Shown piece by piece: positions 9,769-19,328 of a stretch of DNA of 64,000 bases. The notes under the pieces were generated by a model. It ran no database searches. It was not told where the DNA came from and was given only the letters and a program-made list of their open reading frames with translations. The stretch's first letter is position 1; each line of letters starts with the position of its first letter. The position numbers and the translations under genes are program-made. This DNA comes from Candidatus Iainarchaeum sp. (GTDB lineage: Archaea; Iainarchaeota; Iainarchaeia; Iainarchaeales; UBA10191). Location of the stretch: positions 85,141 to 149,140 of the forward strand of contig JAUSFL010000008.1 in the NCBI GenBank assembly GCA_030649735.1, read 5' to 3'.

Positions 9769-11030
9769 TCGTGATTTTTCCTGACTCTCACTGGCTTTGT
9801 CCTGACTGGCTCTGTCTGCCATGCTTTCGGCAATACTTCGTCAAACACGTCGCTCATTTGGATTGTTCCAATTAGCGTTGAATTGTCGTCAATCACTGGA
9901 AGCGCCAAAAAATGGTATTTGAAGAAAGTTTTTGCGGCTTTTTTCAAATTGTCATTGGCGTGCAAAAATACCAGGTTTTGCTCCGCAAGGCTTTTCACCC
10001 GGCTTTTAGGGTTTGGGAATACAAGGTCCCTTATTGAAACAACTCCTGAAAGCTTGTTTTCTTCATTGATCAAGTAAAAATAGTACGGGCTTTCCGGAGT
10101 CTTTTGCTTCCTTAAGAAAGCCAGAGTCTGTCCCACAGTATAATTTTCAGGGATTGAAATCAATTCCGCCTTCATCAGTCCCCCGACTGAAATTTTTGGG
10201 TATTTCAGGATTTGCGAAACTTGCTCTGCCTTTTTGCCGTCAACATGCCTTGCAATGTGCTGCATTTTTTCCCCGCTTAAAGCAGTGCTCAAGTCCGCGA
10301 TTTCGTCAGGCGAAAGGTTTTTCACAAGCCTTTTGATTTTTTGCGCGTGCAAGTGCTCCATCAAAGAGCGCTGGACATTAGGGTTGGATTCTGCAAACGT
10401 ATCCGCGGCCTTTTCGTCATTCAATGCATTGAATAAAATGTTTCTTTCAGAATGGCTTAATTCTTCAAGCAAGTCCGCAATGTCTGCAGGATGGACCTTG
10501 TTTATTTTTGTTTTTGAAAGATTCAGGCTCAAGTGCGCCGGGCTTAATGACAATGCCTGCACGTAAGCCCATGGAATAAGCACTGGCTTTAGGCCTGGCT
10601 TTAACGCGAGGACTATTTTTTCCACGCCAAGCCTTTTCAAAAGGCTTGTTATTCCGACAGCAACGCTTGAGATGAAGAACTTTTCCCCGATTTTTGAAAG
10701 CAAGACATCATTCACCCTGACGACCTTCAATCCATTAGTGTCAACCAATTGCCTGTCAAGCAGAATGTCGTTGATTAAAAGGTCAGAGTCTTCAAGTTCT
10801 TCGCGCTTTAGCTTTTCTTTAGGGCAGTAAAGGAACACAGCATTGCTTATGCTTGCAATGCATTTCCATTCAATCCTGAATTTCTTGCTGTTTTTCACGA
10901 CCGCGTGCGTTATTTCGGCAAGGTTTTCCCCGTCCTTGAATGCAAGGTCAGCCAGTACTCCAATTTTTTCTCCCTTGTAGTCAAAGACTGGCTTTCCAAT
11001 AAGCTCGCTGAAGTATGCTGAATTTGCCAT
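9765..11030 (-). CDS. PRC-barrel + MgtE N-domain + CBS protein
   Basis: LLDRQLVDTNGLKVVRVND, HPADIADLLEEL, paired CBS domains; start probably ATG 11030. Confidence 0.88.
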   Translation of the reverse strand: MANSAYFSELIGKPVFDYKGEKIGVLADLAFKDGENLAEITHAVVKNSKKFRIEWKCIASISNAVFLYCPKEKLKREELEDSDLLINDILLDRQLVDTNGLKVVRVNDVLLSKIGEKFFISSVAVGITSLLKRLGVEKIVLALKPGLKPVLIPWAYVQALSLSPAHLSLNLSKTKINKVHPADIADLLEELSHSERNILFNALNDEKAADTFAESNPNVQRSLMEHLHAQKIKRLVKNLSPDEIADLSTALSGEKMQHIARHVDGKKAEQVSQILKYPKISVGGLMKAELISIPENYTVGQTLAFLRKQKTPESPYYFYLINEENKLSGVVSIRDLVFPNPKSRVKSLAEQNLVFLHANDNLKKAAKTFFKYHFLALPVIDDNSTLIGTIQMSDVFDEVLPKAWQTEPVRTKPVRVRKNHE

Positions 11031-11126
11031 TTGCAGTCCCAAAAAAATTAATTGCAAAATAACTAAAGGAAAAATAGTATAAATAACTTTCTTGCTTCCC
11101 AAATTTCCAGAATTGCCAAAACTTGG

Positions 11127-11411
11127 CTACTTTTTTACAACGCCAAGCCTAGTGAGCACTCGCCTTGCATGTTCAATGTCATAGCAGCCAAAGCTGCCTT
11201 TAAAATCCCCGTTCTTTTCAAACACTCTCACCCAATATTTGAAATGCCCCGCGCCTTGTGATTTTTCCAAGCGAATGTTTTTTCCAGGAGCTGAATGCTT
11301 TTCAATTACAATGTTCGCAAAAGCCGGAGGATTCAATGAATTTTGCGGTTGCCTGATTCCTGTTTGCTCTTTTTTGATTTCCATCGGCTTGAATGGCTTT
11401 TTTGGAGGCAT
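11127..11411 (-). CDS. Small basic hypothetical protein
   Basis: 94-aa ORF beginning MPPKKPFKP; GGAG upstream. Confidence 0.55.
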   Translation of the reverse strand: MPPKKPFKPMEIKKEQTGIRQPQNSLNPPAFANIVIEKHSAPGKNIRLEKSQGAGHFKYWVRVFEKNGDFKGSFGCYDIEHARRVLTRLGVVKK

Positions 11412-11439
11412 GAAAAATTGACTCTCCGCAAGAATTTAA

Positions 11440-12432
11440 TTATTGCGTCAAAAAGGCCTTTTCGTAATTGAATTTTTTGTCAACCAGCTCTTCAAGCCTT
11501 ATTCCATAAAGCTTGTCAAACCATTCAATGCATTCTTCATTGTAATTCTTCAAGAGCGCCTGGTAGTATGATTCCCAATTCCTTTCAGTGCAGGTTATTC
11601 TTTGCACAATCCGCTTGAATGCCGGGGTGTTTTCAAAAAATGCTGCCTTGTCAGCGAATTCTGGAATAAAGTCGATTATCCTTCCAATGTCAATTTCCTT
11701 GAGCAGCATTTCAATGTCTTTTCTGCCCTTGATTTTGTTGGCCAGCACAAAAATCTTTTCCTTGCTTTGGGACTTTTCAAAAAAAGTGCAGTAATGCATT
11801 ATGCTTTCCCTTGAAGGCTCAACGACAAAGATTTTCAAGTCAAGGCAGAATGAAGACTCTGTCAGGAAATAATCGTTGAATGAGCTTGAATCCAAAATCA
11901 CGAATTCTATTGGATTGTCCAGAATCCTGTTCAGCACAAATGAAAGAGAGGAAACGTCCATGTACTCTTGGCCGGCAGTTTTGGAAAATTCCTTGCCTTC
12001 AATTTCGCCCAGCATCAAGTCCATTGCCTTTTGCTCAAAGTCTTTCTGGCTTTCTGGATTGCTTCCAATAGAAAGCAGTGAAATGTTCTCTTTTTGCAGC
12101 GCAAAGCTTGAAAGGAAAGAGTCTTTTTTTGAAACCTTGATGAATTTTGAATTGGTTCCCGGGGGAAAGCTTCCAATCGGCGGCAAAAACCCGAGCTCTT
12201 TCACTTCTTGCCTTTCGCCTTCAAGGAATTGGAAAACCCTGCCAAAATTTTTTCCCAATAAGACTTGAATTCCGCGGATTTCCAATGCATCCTGCAATTC
12301 AATGCCGTTATTGTCTGAAATTGCAATCACATGGCCTGCTCTTTTTTTCAAAAAGTTCACGAAAGCCGCGCTTGCAAGAGTTTTTCCGCTGCCTTTGCTC
12401 CCAAAAAATGCAATCCTCAATTCAATCGCCAA
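11440..12432 (-). CDS. Divergent CooC/MinD-like P-loop ATPase
   Basis: RIAFFGSKGSGKT Walker A, VILDS, VVEPSRESI, VLANKI. Confidence 0.65.
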   Translation of the reverse strand: MAIELRIAFFGSKGSGKTLASAAFVNFLKKRAGHVIAISDNNGIELQDALEIRGIQVLLGKNFGRVFQFLEGERQEVKELGFLPPIGSFPPGTNSKFIKVSKKDSFLSSFALQKENISLLSIGSNPESQKDFEQKAMDLMLGEIEGKEFSKTAGQEYMDVSSLSFVLNRILDNPIEFVILDSSSFNDYFLTESSFCLDLKIFVVEPSRESIMHYCTFFEKSQSKEKIFVLANKIKGRKDIEMLLKEIDIGRIIDFIPEFADKAAFFENTPAFKRIVQRITCTERNWESYYQALLKNYNEECIEWFDKLYGIRLEELVDKKFNYEKAFLTQ

Positions 12433-12557
12433 AAAATCGAACGTACTAAGGATGATTGAAAAGTTAAAAAACCTTTTGAATTAGGATTGCGAACGGAGAT
12501 TCACGACCGGAAGTTTGGCAACCAAAGAATGTAATGTTGAAATTCATTGAATAAATC

Positions 12558-13505
12558 ATGAATTCTTTTTTGGATTTGGATTTTGATGAACGCTTGGCAG
12601 TTTTTGAAAAAGCAATGGAGTTAAGGAAGTCGGGGCTTGGCTACAAGCGCATAACAAAAGCAGTATTTAATGAATTGAACATCCAAATCCCGTATAGCAC
12701 TCTTGCTTACTGGTGCAAAAATAAGATCCAATTGCTCGGCGGAGAAAACCAATTTACTCCAGAACCATCACCAGAACTCAGTTATGTTCTGGGAGTTTGC
12801 TTTGGGGATGCTGGCCTGGTTTTGGATTCTCGGAAAAGCGATTACAAACTCGTGCTTGAGACAATAGATAATGATTTTGCCGAAAAATTCTCCCAATGCG
12901 GTTCAAAAGTTTTGAAGAAAACAAGGAATTATTCTATAAATTATAGTGCAAAAAGGCAAATATATGCTACAAAGGCAAGAAGCAAGCAATTGTACTATTT
13001 TGTTAAATCAGTAAAGGAAAATTTTGAACTTGTTAAACCAATTGCTGAAAAGTTCCCGGCAGAGTTTATTCAAGGGGTGGCTGACTCTGAAGGATGCCCA
13101 GCAATTTCTGCGGCAAAAAACTTCAAGGTTGCTGTTTGTGTAGCGTATAGTGCAAATTATGAATTATTGGAATATATCCAGCAACTCTTGCTGCACGAAT
13201 TCAGCATTGTTTCAGCTTTACGATTATTCAAGCTTCCTGGAATGGCTGACTCAATAATAAACGGCAGAATAATTGTCAGGACGAAAAAATTGTACTGCTT
13301 GAGCATTACTTCCAAACTAAACGTGGAAAATTATTTTTCCAAAGTTGGATTTTCAATTGCAAGAAAACAATCTAAATTTTCAGATGCGATTAGTATTTTG
13401 TCATTGGGCGAAAATGAAGCTCTTAATTGGTGGCATTTGCATTATGTTAAAATAGGAAAACAGTGGAAAAAAATTGACGAAAATAATATTCGTCAATTGT
13501 CTTAA
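12558..13505 (+). CDS. Stand-alone LAGLIDADG (DOD-type) endonuclease with N-terminal HTH
   Basis: ELSYVLGVCFGDAG and EFIQGVADSEGC motifs; HTH-like GLGYKRITK...IPYSTLAYW; no intein splicing motifs. Confidence 0.88.
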   Translation: MNSFLDLDFDERLAVFEKAMELRKSGLGYKRITKAVFNELNIQIPYSTLAYWCKNKIQLLGGENQFTPEPSPELSYVLGVCFGDAGLVLDSRKSDYKLVLETIDNDFAEKFSQCGSKVLKKTRNYSINYSAKRQIYATKARSKQLYYFVKSVKENFELVKPIAEKFPAEFIQGVADSEGCPAISAAKNFKVAVCVAYSANYELLEYIQQLLLHEFSIVSALRLFKLPGMADSIINGRIIVRTKKLYCLSITSKLNVENYFSKVGFSIARKQSKFSDAISILSLGENEALNWWHLHYVKIGKQWKKIDENNIRQLS

Positions 13506-13508
13506 AAT

Positions 13509-13633
13509 CGCCCTGACCGGGAATTGCACCCGAGTCTCAACCGCACCGCAACCGCGAAATTTTCCGCCAACGCTTTTTTCGAAGAAAAAAGGGTTGTGAC
13601 AGGGTTGAATCCTAACTACTAGACTATCAGGGC
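13509..13633 (-). tRNA. tRNA-Asp(GTC) with 53-nt intron at 37/38 (13544-13596)
   Basis: Acceptor GCCCTGA/TCAGGGC, anticodon stem CAACC/GGTTG, loop CT-GTC-A|C, BHB helices CTGT/GCGG and AACC/GGTT. Confidence 0.93.
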
Positions 13634-13762
13634 TTTTGTTGATTGCCTGTTAATTAATTTTTCAACTGAAGTTTTTTTAAAGCAGACCAGTCAATGCCCC
13701 GGTTATGTTGCCTGTGGGTAAGCTTTAAATAATTCGCTGGCATTACTTTAGAGGGCTTTGGA

Positions 13763-15469
13763 GTGGTTGAAAAAAAAGTTTTGAAGGCAATTTCTTCAAA
13801 GTCCAGCGACGAATTTTATTCTCCAGTGCCGAAAAATTTTGTGAAAGGAAAGACAAAATTCATTTTTGTCACTGGCTCTGTAATGAGCGGTTTAGGAAAG
13901 GGGATTTTCACTGCCTCTTTAGGCCGCCTGCTTGTGGACAGGGGATTGAAAGTCCGGCCAATGAAGCTTGAGGCTTACTTGAATGTTGATTCCGGGACAA
14001 TAAACCCTTACAGGCATGGCGAGGTTTTTGTGCTTGATGACGGGACAGAGACTGACATGGACTTGGGGACTTACGAGCGTTTTTTGGACATTACTTTGGA
14101 CAAGAACAGCTTTGTGACTTCCGGAAGGATTTACAAGAATGTCATTGAGAAGGAACGGCGCGGCGAATACTTGGGCCGTGACGTGCAGTTCATTCCTCAC
14201 GTTACTGGAGAGGCAAAGCTTGCTGTCTTGAATCTTGCGGCTTCTTCAAAGGCAGACGTTGTGCTTGTTGAGATTGGGGGGACTGTCGGCGATTATGAAA
14301 ACCTTTTTGCAATTGAGGCAATGCGCGAGCTTGCTTTCCAATTGGGCAAGGAAAACGTTTGCTTTGTCAACTTGACTTTTGTTTTAGAGCCAAAGCATGC
14401 CGGAGAATTCAAGAGCAAGGCCGCGCAATTGGGATTAAGAAAGCTTTTGGAACTTGGCATTACTCCGGACGTGATTGTCTGCCGTTCGCAAAACCAAATT
14501 CCTGAAAAAATCAAGGAAAAAATCAGCATGAATTCCGGAGTTCAAATGAACAGGGTTTTTGCATTGCCTGACATTGACAACATTTACAAGATCCCTTTGT
14601 TCTTGCGCAAGCAAGGCGTTGACGAGAAAATCCTTGAAGTTTTGGAATTGAGCAAAAAATTCAAGGCCAATGGAAGCAAGAGCCTGAAGTCTTGGACTGC
14701 AAAGAACTTGATTCCTGAAAGAAAGCCAGTTACTATTGGAATTGTCGGAAAGTACACTGGCTTGCATGACGCTTACATCAGCATTTTGAAGGCCTTGGAG
14801 CATTGTGCAGCAAAGTCAAAAACTCCTTTCAGGCTTGAATGGATTGAGTCTGCGAATTTGGAAAAGCCGGGCGGGGAAAATGCCTTGAAAAGAATTGACG
14901 GCATGATAATTCCCGGGGGCTTTGGAAGCCGCGGCGTTGAAGGAAAAATTAGCGCAGTAAAATTCGCGCGAGAGAAAAAAATCCCTTTTTTGGGATTGTG
15001 CTATGGCTTTCAAATGGCGGTCATTGAGCATGCAAGGAATGCCTGTGGCTTGAAGAACGCCAACACCACTGAGGTTGATGCAAAAACCCCAAGCCCTGTG
15101 ATTTGCATTCTTCCAGAGCAGGACGAGATTGAAGACTTGGGCGGAACAATGCGCCTTGGCGGCTTTGATGTTTTGATAAGCCCTAAAACAATCGCGCATT
15201 CGCTTTACGGCTCTTTGAAGGCGCGCGAGCGCTTCAGGCACAGGTTTAACGTGAACACTGAATTCATTGGCGCTTTGGAAAAGAATGGAATGGTTTTTTC
15301 AGGCAAGGCTCCGAAAAAGCGGATAATGCAAATTTTAGAGCTTTCTAAAGAAGCCCATCCTTTTTTTGTGGCTTCGCAGTTCCATCCGGAATTGACTTCA
15401 AGGCCTTTGAAGCCAAACCCGCTGTTCCTTGGGTTTTACAGCGCGTGCAGGAAAAAGGCCGGGCTTTAG
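13763..15469 (+). CDS. pyrG: CTP synthase
   Basis: GSVMSGLGKG, HGEVFVLDDG, GLCYGFQ, QFHPE. Confidence 0.98.
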   Translation: MVEKKVLKAISSKSSDEFYSPVPKNFVKGKTKFIFVTGSVMSGLGKGIFTASLGRLLVDRGLKVRPMKLEAYLNVDSGTINPYRHGEVFVLDDGTETDMDLGTYERFLDITLDKNSFVTSGRIYKNVIEKERRGEYLGRDVQFIPHVTGEAKLAVLNLAASSKADVVLVEIGGTVGDYENLFAIEAMRELAFQLGKENVCFVNLTFVLEPKHAGEFKSKAAQLGLRKLLELGITPDVIVCRSQNQIPEKIKEKISMNSGVQMNRVFALPDIDNIYKIPLFLRKQGVDEKILEVLELSKKFKANGSKSLKSWTAKNLIPERKPVTIGIVGKYTGLHDAYISILKALEHCAAKSKTPFRLEWIESANLEKPGGENALKRIDGMIIPGGFGSRGVEGKISAVKFAREKKIPFLGLCYGFQMAVIEHARNACGLKNANTTEVDAKTPSPVICILPEQDEIEDLGGTMRLGGFDVLISPKTIAHSLYGSLKARERFRHRFNVNTEFIGALEKNGMVFSGKAPKKRIMQILELSKEAHPFFVASQFHPELTSRPLKPNPLFLGFYSACRKKAGL

Positions 15470-15475
15470 TTTTTT

Positions 15476-16003
15476 TCAGAAATTCTTGTTTATTCGGTTT
15501 ATTTTCTCAAGGAATTCCCCGAATGCCTTTTTTGCTTCAGCGCGTTTTTCTTTTGAAACTTTTCCAGTCCTTGCAAGCATTGCAAACTCCAGCAGCGTTC
15601 CCTTGTATTCTGAAAGGTCTTTCATGGCGTTGTGTATTAAATTGAACAAAAACAGCGAGTCTTCCTGCGAGTACTTGCTTAATTTCGGGTCTTTCATCAA
15701 TTTTTCAAAATTTTCCTTCATTTCCCTAAAGTTTTCTGAAAGTTCCTTGAATTTTTTCCTTCCTGCTTTTGTGATTGCGTAGACTTTCTTTTTCCTTCCT
15801 GTTTTTGCTTCAGTCTTGATTTGAACCAGTTTTTCTTTTTTCAATTCTTCCAGTGCCGGATATAATGCCCCAGCGGTTGGCTTCCACAAGTTCATGCTGT
15901 TTTCGCTGATTTTTTGCATCAGGAGATAGCCGTGCACTGGCTGCTCGTTCAATACTTTAAGGATGAAAAATTTTAATTGTCCTTTGAAAAAGTTGATGTT
16001 CAT
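15476..16003 (-). CDS. PadR-family transcriptional regulator
   Basis: HGYLLMQKI...PTAGALYPAL...KKVYAITKAG. Confidence 0.9.
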   Translation of the reverse strand: MNINFFKGQLKFFILKVLNEQPVHGYLLMQKISENSMNLWKPTAGALYPALEELKKEKLVQIKTEAKTGRKKKVYAITKAGRKKFKELSENFREMKENFEKLMKDPKLSKYSQEDSLFLFNLIHNAMKDLSEYKGTLLEFAMLARTGKVSKEKRAEAKKAFGEFLEKINRINKNF

Positions 16004-16004
16004 T

Positions 16005-17234
16005 TCATTCAGACCCCCTTAGCGCTTCAACCGGGTCAAGCTTTGCTGCCCTGCTTGCAGGATATGCCCCGGAGGCCATTCCGACAATCAATGAAAAGGC
16101 CATTGCCCCGATTACTAGCATTATGTCAAATTGCACGTCAAGCGCAAATCCGCTTGCGTTTGCTATTATTCCGACAAGGAACGCGAGCGCATACCCGATT
16201 ATTATTCCAATTATTCCGCCCACCAGCCCGATGAATCCGGCCTCAAGCACAAAAATGCTCAGCACCAGCCCGTCGGTTGCCCCGATTGCCTTCATTACGC
16301 CGATTTCCTTTGTTCTTTCCATGACTGCCATTATCATAGTGTTCATTATTCCAATGCATCCTACAAGCAGTGAAATCGCGGCAATTCCTACAAGGAATAA
16401 TTGGATGATTCCCAAAATGTTGTTTATGCTTTCCAAAACCTGCTCGCTGGAAATTACAGTGAATTCTTTCTGGTTTTTTCCGTAATCGCGCTCAAAAATT
16501 TTCTGGATTTTTTCCTGCACTGCATTGATGTCTTCCTTGCTTTCTGCCCTGATCATTGCGAAGACAGGCTTTGTGTTCGGGTAAATTTGCTCGTAGCCTT
16601 TCTTAGTCATGAAAATTGCGGTGTTTGTGTTTGGCCCGCCGCCAAAGGAAGTGCTGGATTTTTTTGTTATTCCGACAACCCTGAAGGACTTTCCTTTAAT
16701 TATTATCTTGTCCCTTACCCTGACTTCTTTTGGAAACATTGTCTTGCCGTGGGCAATGTTGTATCCTATCATTACTGCAAAAGTATCGCTTGGCTGAAGG
16801 CCTCGTCCATCGCCAACTTCCGCAAAGCCTGTTGCCTGGAATGCCTTGGCTTCTTTGGCGTCAACTGCATAGATTGAAATTCTCGCGTTTTCCCTTGCAA
16901 AACTGACTATTGCTGAATTCGTCAAGGGTGCGAGCACGTCAGAGACTTGGGGGATGCCTTTGATTTGTGAAAGCTCAGAGTCTGTCAATTGGGTTGTTGT
17001 TGTTGCGGCTGAATTTGAGCCGCCAAGGCTTGAAGATCCAGGCGCAATGAAAATAGTGTTTGCCCCCAATTTTTCAAACTGCTGGGTCACTGCATTGTTT
17101 AAGCCGCTGCCAAGGGAAATCAAGGTGACTATTGCAGCCACTCCAATGACAACGCCAATCAGCGTCAAATAGCTTCTTAGGCCTTGCCTTGAGAGATTCC
17201 TTAAGGCAACGCTGAATACTTCAAAATCCAGCAT
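16005..17234 (-). CDS. MacB/FtsX-like ABC transporter permease
   Basis: RSYLTLIGVVIGVAA, ERTKEIGVMKAIGA, PASRAAKLDPVEALR. Confidence 0.93.
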   Translation of the reverse strand: MLDFEVFSVALRNLSRQGLRSYLTLIGVVIGVAAIVTLISLGSGLNNAVTQQFEKLGANTIFIAPGSSSLGGSNSAATTTTQLTDSELSQIKGIPQVSDVLAPLTNSAIVSFARENARISIYAVDAKEAKAFQATGFAEVGDGRGLQPSDTFAVMIGYNIAHGKTMFPKEVRVRDKIIIKGKSFRVVGITKKSSTSFGGGPNTNTAIFMTKKGYEQIYPNTKPVFAMIRAESKEDINAVQEKIQKIFERDYGKNQKEFTVISSEQVLESINNILGIIQLFLVGIAAISLLVGCIGIMNTMIMAVMERTKEIGVMKAIGATDGLVLSIFVLEAGFIGLVGGIIGIIIGYALAFLVGIIANASGFALDVQFDIMLVIGAMAFSLIVGMASGAYPASRAAKLDPVEALRGSE

Positions 17235-17240
17235 TCAATT

Positions 17241-18467
17241 TCACTTTTTCTTTTTCCTTCCAAAAATCAAGTACGCGATTCCAACAATCGCCAGGATGGC
17301 TATTAGATAAAGCGTCCATGGAGTTTGCTGGCTTGTTTGGCTTGCAATTTCTGCTGGAGTGTAAAGCATTACTGGAATTTTTTGCACTATTTCCTGCTCT
17401 TCGCCGAATTCGTTCTTGAATTTCATTGTGATTTCCAAGGTGTGCAGTCCAGCGTTTTCAGTGATTGGGACAGTCGCATTTAATGTCAGGTTGTCTGAAT
17501 CGTCAGAGTTCAAGGTTCCAATGAAGAAATTGCCTTGCTTGAATGTTGCAAAGTCTGCCTTTGCGCTTAAAGTCAAGTACTTTGCTGTTCCAGTGCCTGT
17601 ATTGAAAATGTCCACTGTTATTGCGGACTTTTGGCCTGCAGCAAGCAATGGCGTAATGTCTGAAATGCTTGCGCCAAGCTCTGCATTGTCCAAGACCTTG
17701 ATTCCTACATATTCTGTCTGGGTGTATTTTGTCCTGTTTTCATCATAGAATGTCAAAGTCAATGGAATATAGTATGCTTTGGCAGTGGCGCTTGGGTTTA
17801 TCATTAATGGAATTTGCGCGCTTGCTGTCTCGTCAATTTTCAATGACTTGATGTTGGAAAATGCCGCGCCTAAAGGCACAATGTCTCTTTCAACAATAAT
17901 TCCTGTTGTTGTGACAGTCCTGTCTTCCGCCAATCCAATGCTGATGTTCAATGCATTGCTGTTTCCAGTGTTTTGCAGAATGAGCTGAAGGCTTGCTGTC
18001 TTTCCAATTTCAGCGCTTGTTGGGCTTGAGGAAACAACCATCAAGGCCGGCTTTCTTTTCAAGACGATTATTGAAATTGGAGTTGATTTTTCAATATTGC
18101 TGTTTTCTCCGGTTTCAATGTATAAAGTGTAGCTTCCGTCAGGAGTTTTTGGGTCTACAAGTATTTTATAGCTTACAAGGGCTGTTTGGTTTGCCAGCAC
18201 ATTCCCAAGGTTTTTTTGCGCTGCCTCCCCAATTGCTAACGAGAATGGAAATTCAGAGCCGCCCGCGCTTTTAAATTTCAAGTTGACAATTCCTTTCTCT
18301 GAGATTCCGTTCGAATTGTTGAAAACATGCGCCCAAAGAATTATTGTTCCCCCAGGGCTTGCCGGCGCAACATCATAGTTTGTTGAGGAAACCTCCAAGT
18401 TTCCTGCAACTGCAAGCGCCGCAAAAAACAGCACTCCCAAAATTACTGCAAAATTCTTGCTTATCAC
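17241..18467 (-). CDS. COG1361-type S-layer-domain protein of the ABC operon
   Basis: Signal peptide, repeated NTG..A Ig-like modules, C-terminal TM plus basic tail. Confidence 0.8.
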   Translation of the reverse strand: MISKNFAVILGVLFFAALAVAGNLEVSSTNYDVAPASPGGTIILWAHVFNNSNGISEKGIVNLKFKSAGGSEFPFSLAIGEAAQKNLGNVLANQTALVSYKILVDPKTPDGSYTLYIETGENSNIEKSTPISIIVLKRKPALMVVSSSPTSAEIGKTASLQLILQNTGNSNALNISIGLAEDRTVTTTGIIVERDIVPLGAAFSNIKSLKIDETASAQIPLMINPSATAKAYYIPLTLTFYDENRTKYTQTEYVGIKVLDNAELGASISDITPLLAAGQKSAITVDIFNTGTGTAKYLTLSAKADFATFKQGNFFIGTLNSDDSDNLTLNATVPITENAGLHTLEITMKFKNEFGEEQEIVQKIPVMLYTPAEIASQTSQQTPWTLYLIAILAIVGIAYLIFGRKKKK

Positions 18468-19204
18468 TTGTAATCCCTCCTGATTTTGGCTTCCTTGTGA
18501 TTTCGGCCGCTCTCGCTTTTTTCAATTTGGCCGTCTTTAATATGAATTATCCTTTCCGCGCGCTCTGCAACGTAACGCTCGTGCGTTACAATAATTATTG
18601 TCTTGCCGTGCTTTTGATGCAAGTCATCAATCAATTCAAGGATTTTCGCGCCTGACTGCGAATCCAAATTTCCAGTCGGCTCGTCAGCCACTATGATGTC
18701 CGGGTTTGTCGCAAGCGCCCTTGCAATCGCGACTCTTTGCTTCTGTCCGCCTGAAAGCTCGTCAGGCCTGTGCTCCATCCTGTCGCCTAGTCCGACTTCC
18801 CTCAATATTTTTTCCGCTATTTTTTTCCTTTCTGAAATCGGGATTCCTTGAAACCATAATGGCAGCATGACATTTTCCAATGCTGAAAGCCTTTTCACAA
18901 GCTCAAAATTCTGGAAAATGAATCCAATTGTCCTTCCCCTTAAGACCGCTAGCTCTGAATCGTTCATTTCAGAAATTGGCTTTCCATTAATCAGGATTTC
19001 TCCAGTTGTCGGCCTTAAAAGCGCGCTTAATATGTCAAGCAGTGTTGTCTTTCCGCTTCCTGAATGGCCTGTTATTGAAATGAACTCTCCTTTCTTGATT
19101 TTCAAGTTGACTCCGCGCAATGCCGCGACTTCAGAGTCCCCCATCTTGTAAATTTTGAAGACATCCCTTGCCTCAATTGCCGGGAGCCCAATTTCTTTCC
19201 CCAT
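18464..19204 (-). CDS. ABC transporter ATP-binding protein (LolD/MacB type)
   Basis: GHSGSGKTT, LSGGQKQRVAIARAL, ADEPTGNLD. Confidence 0.95.
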   Translation of the reverse strand: MGKEIGLPAIEARDVFKIYKMGDSEVAALRGVNLKIKKGEFISITGHSGSGKTTLLDILSALLRPTTGEILINGKPISEMNDSELAVLRGRTIGFIFQNFELVKRLSALENVMLPLWFQGIPISERKKIAEKILREVGLGDRMEHRPDELSGGQKQRVAIARALATNPDIIVADEPTGNLDSQSGAKILELIDDLHQKHGKTIIIVTHERYVAERAERIIHIKDGQIEKSESGRNHKEAKIRRDYK

Positions 19205-19328
19205 TAAAACCAGCCGTTATGATGTATTGGTACTGATATATGCTTAAAAGCCTTCTCACGCAATCCTGAAAAAAACTAATTGCGTGAAAAACTGGTTTTA
19301 AAAAACTTTTCAAGCCTTAATTTCCTTC

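Noticed and set aside
8521-11030. NRAMP plus TM-less MgtE pair as novel
   Set aside because: A known, widespread gene pairing
12558-13505. LAGLIDADG ORFs as inteins or tRNA-intron ORFs
   Set aside because: No N-terminal Cys/Ser or C-terminal His-Asn, no host exteins, and both ORFs lie outside the tRNA introns on the opposite strand
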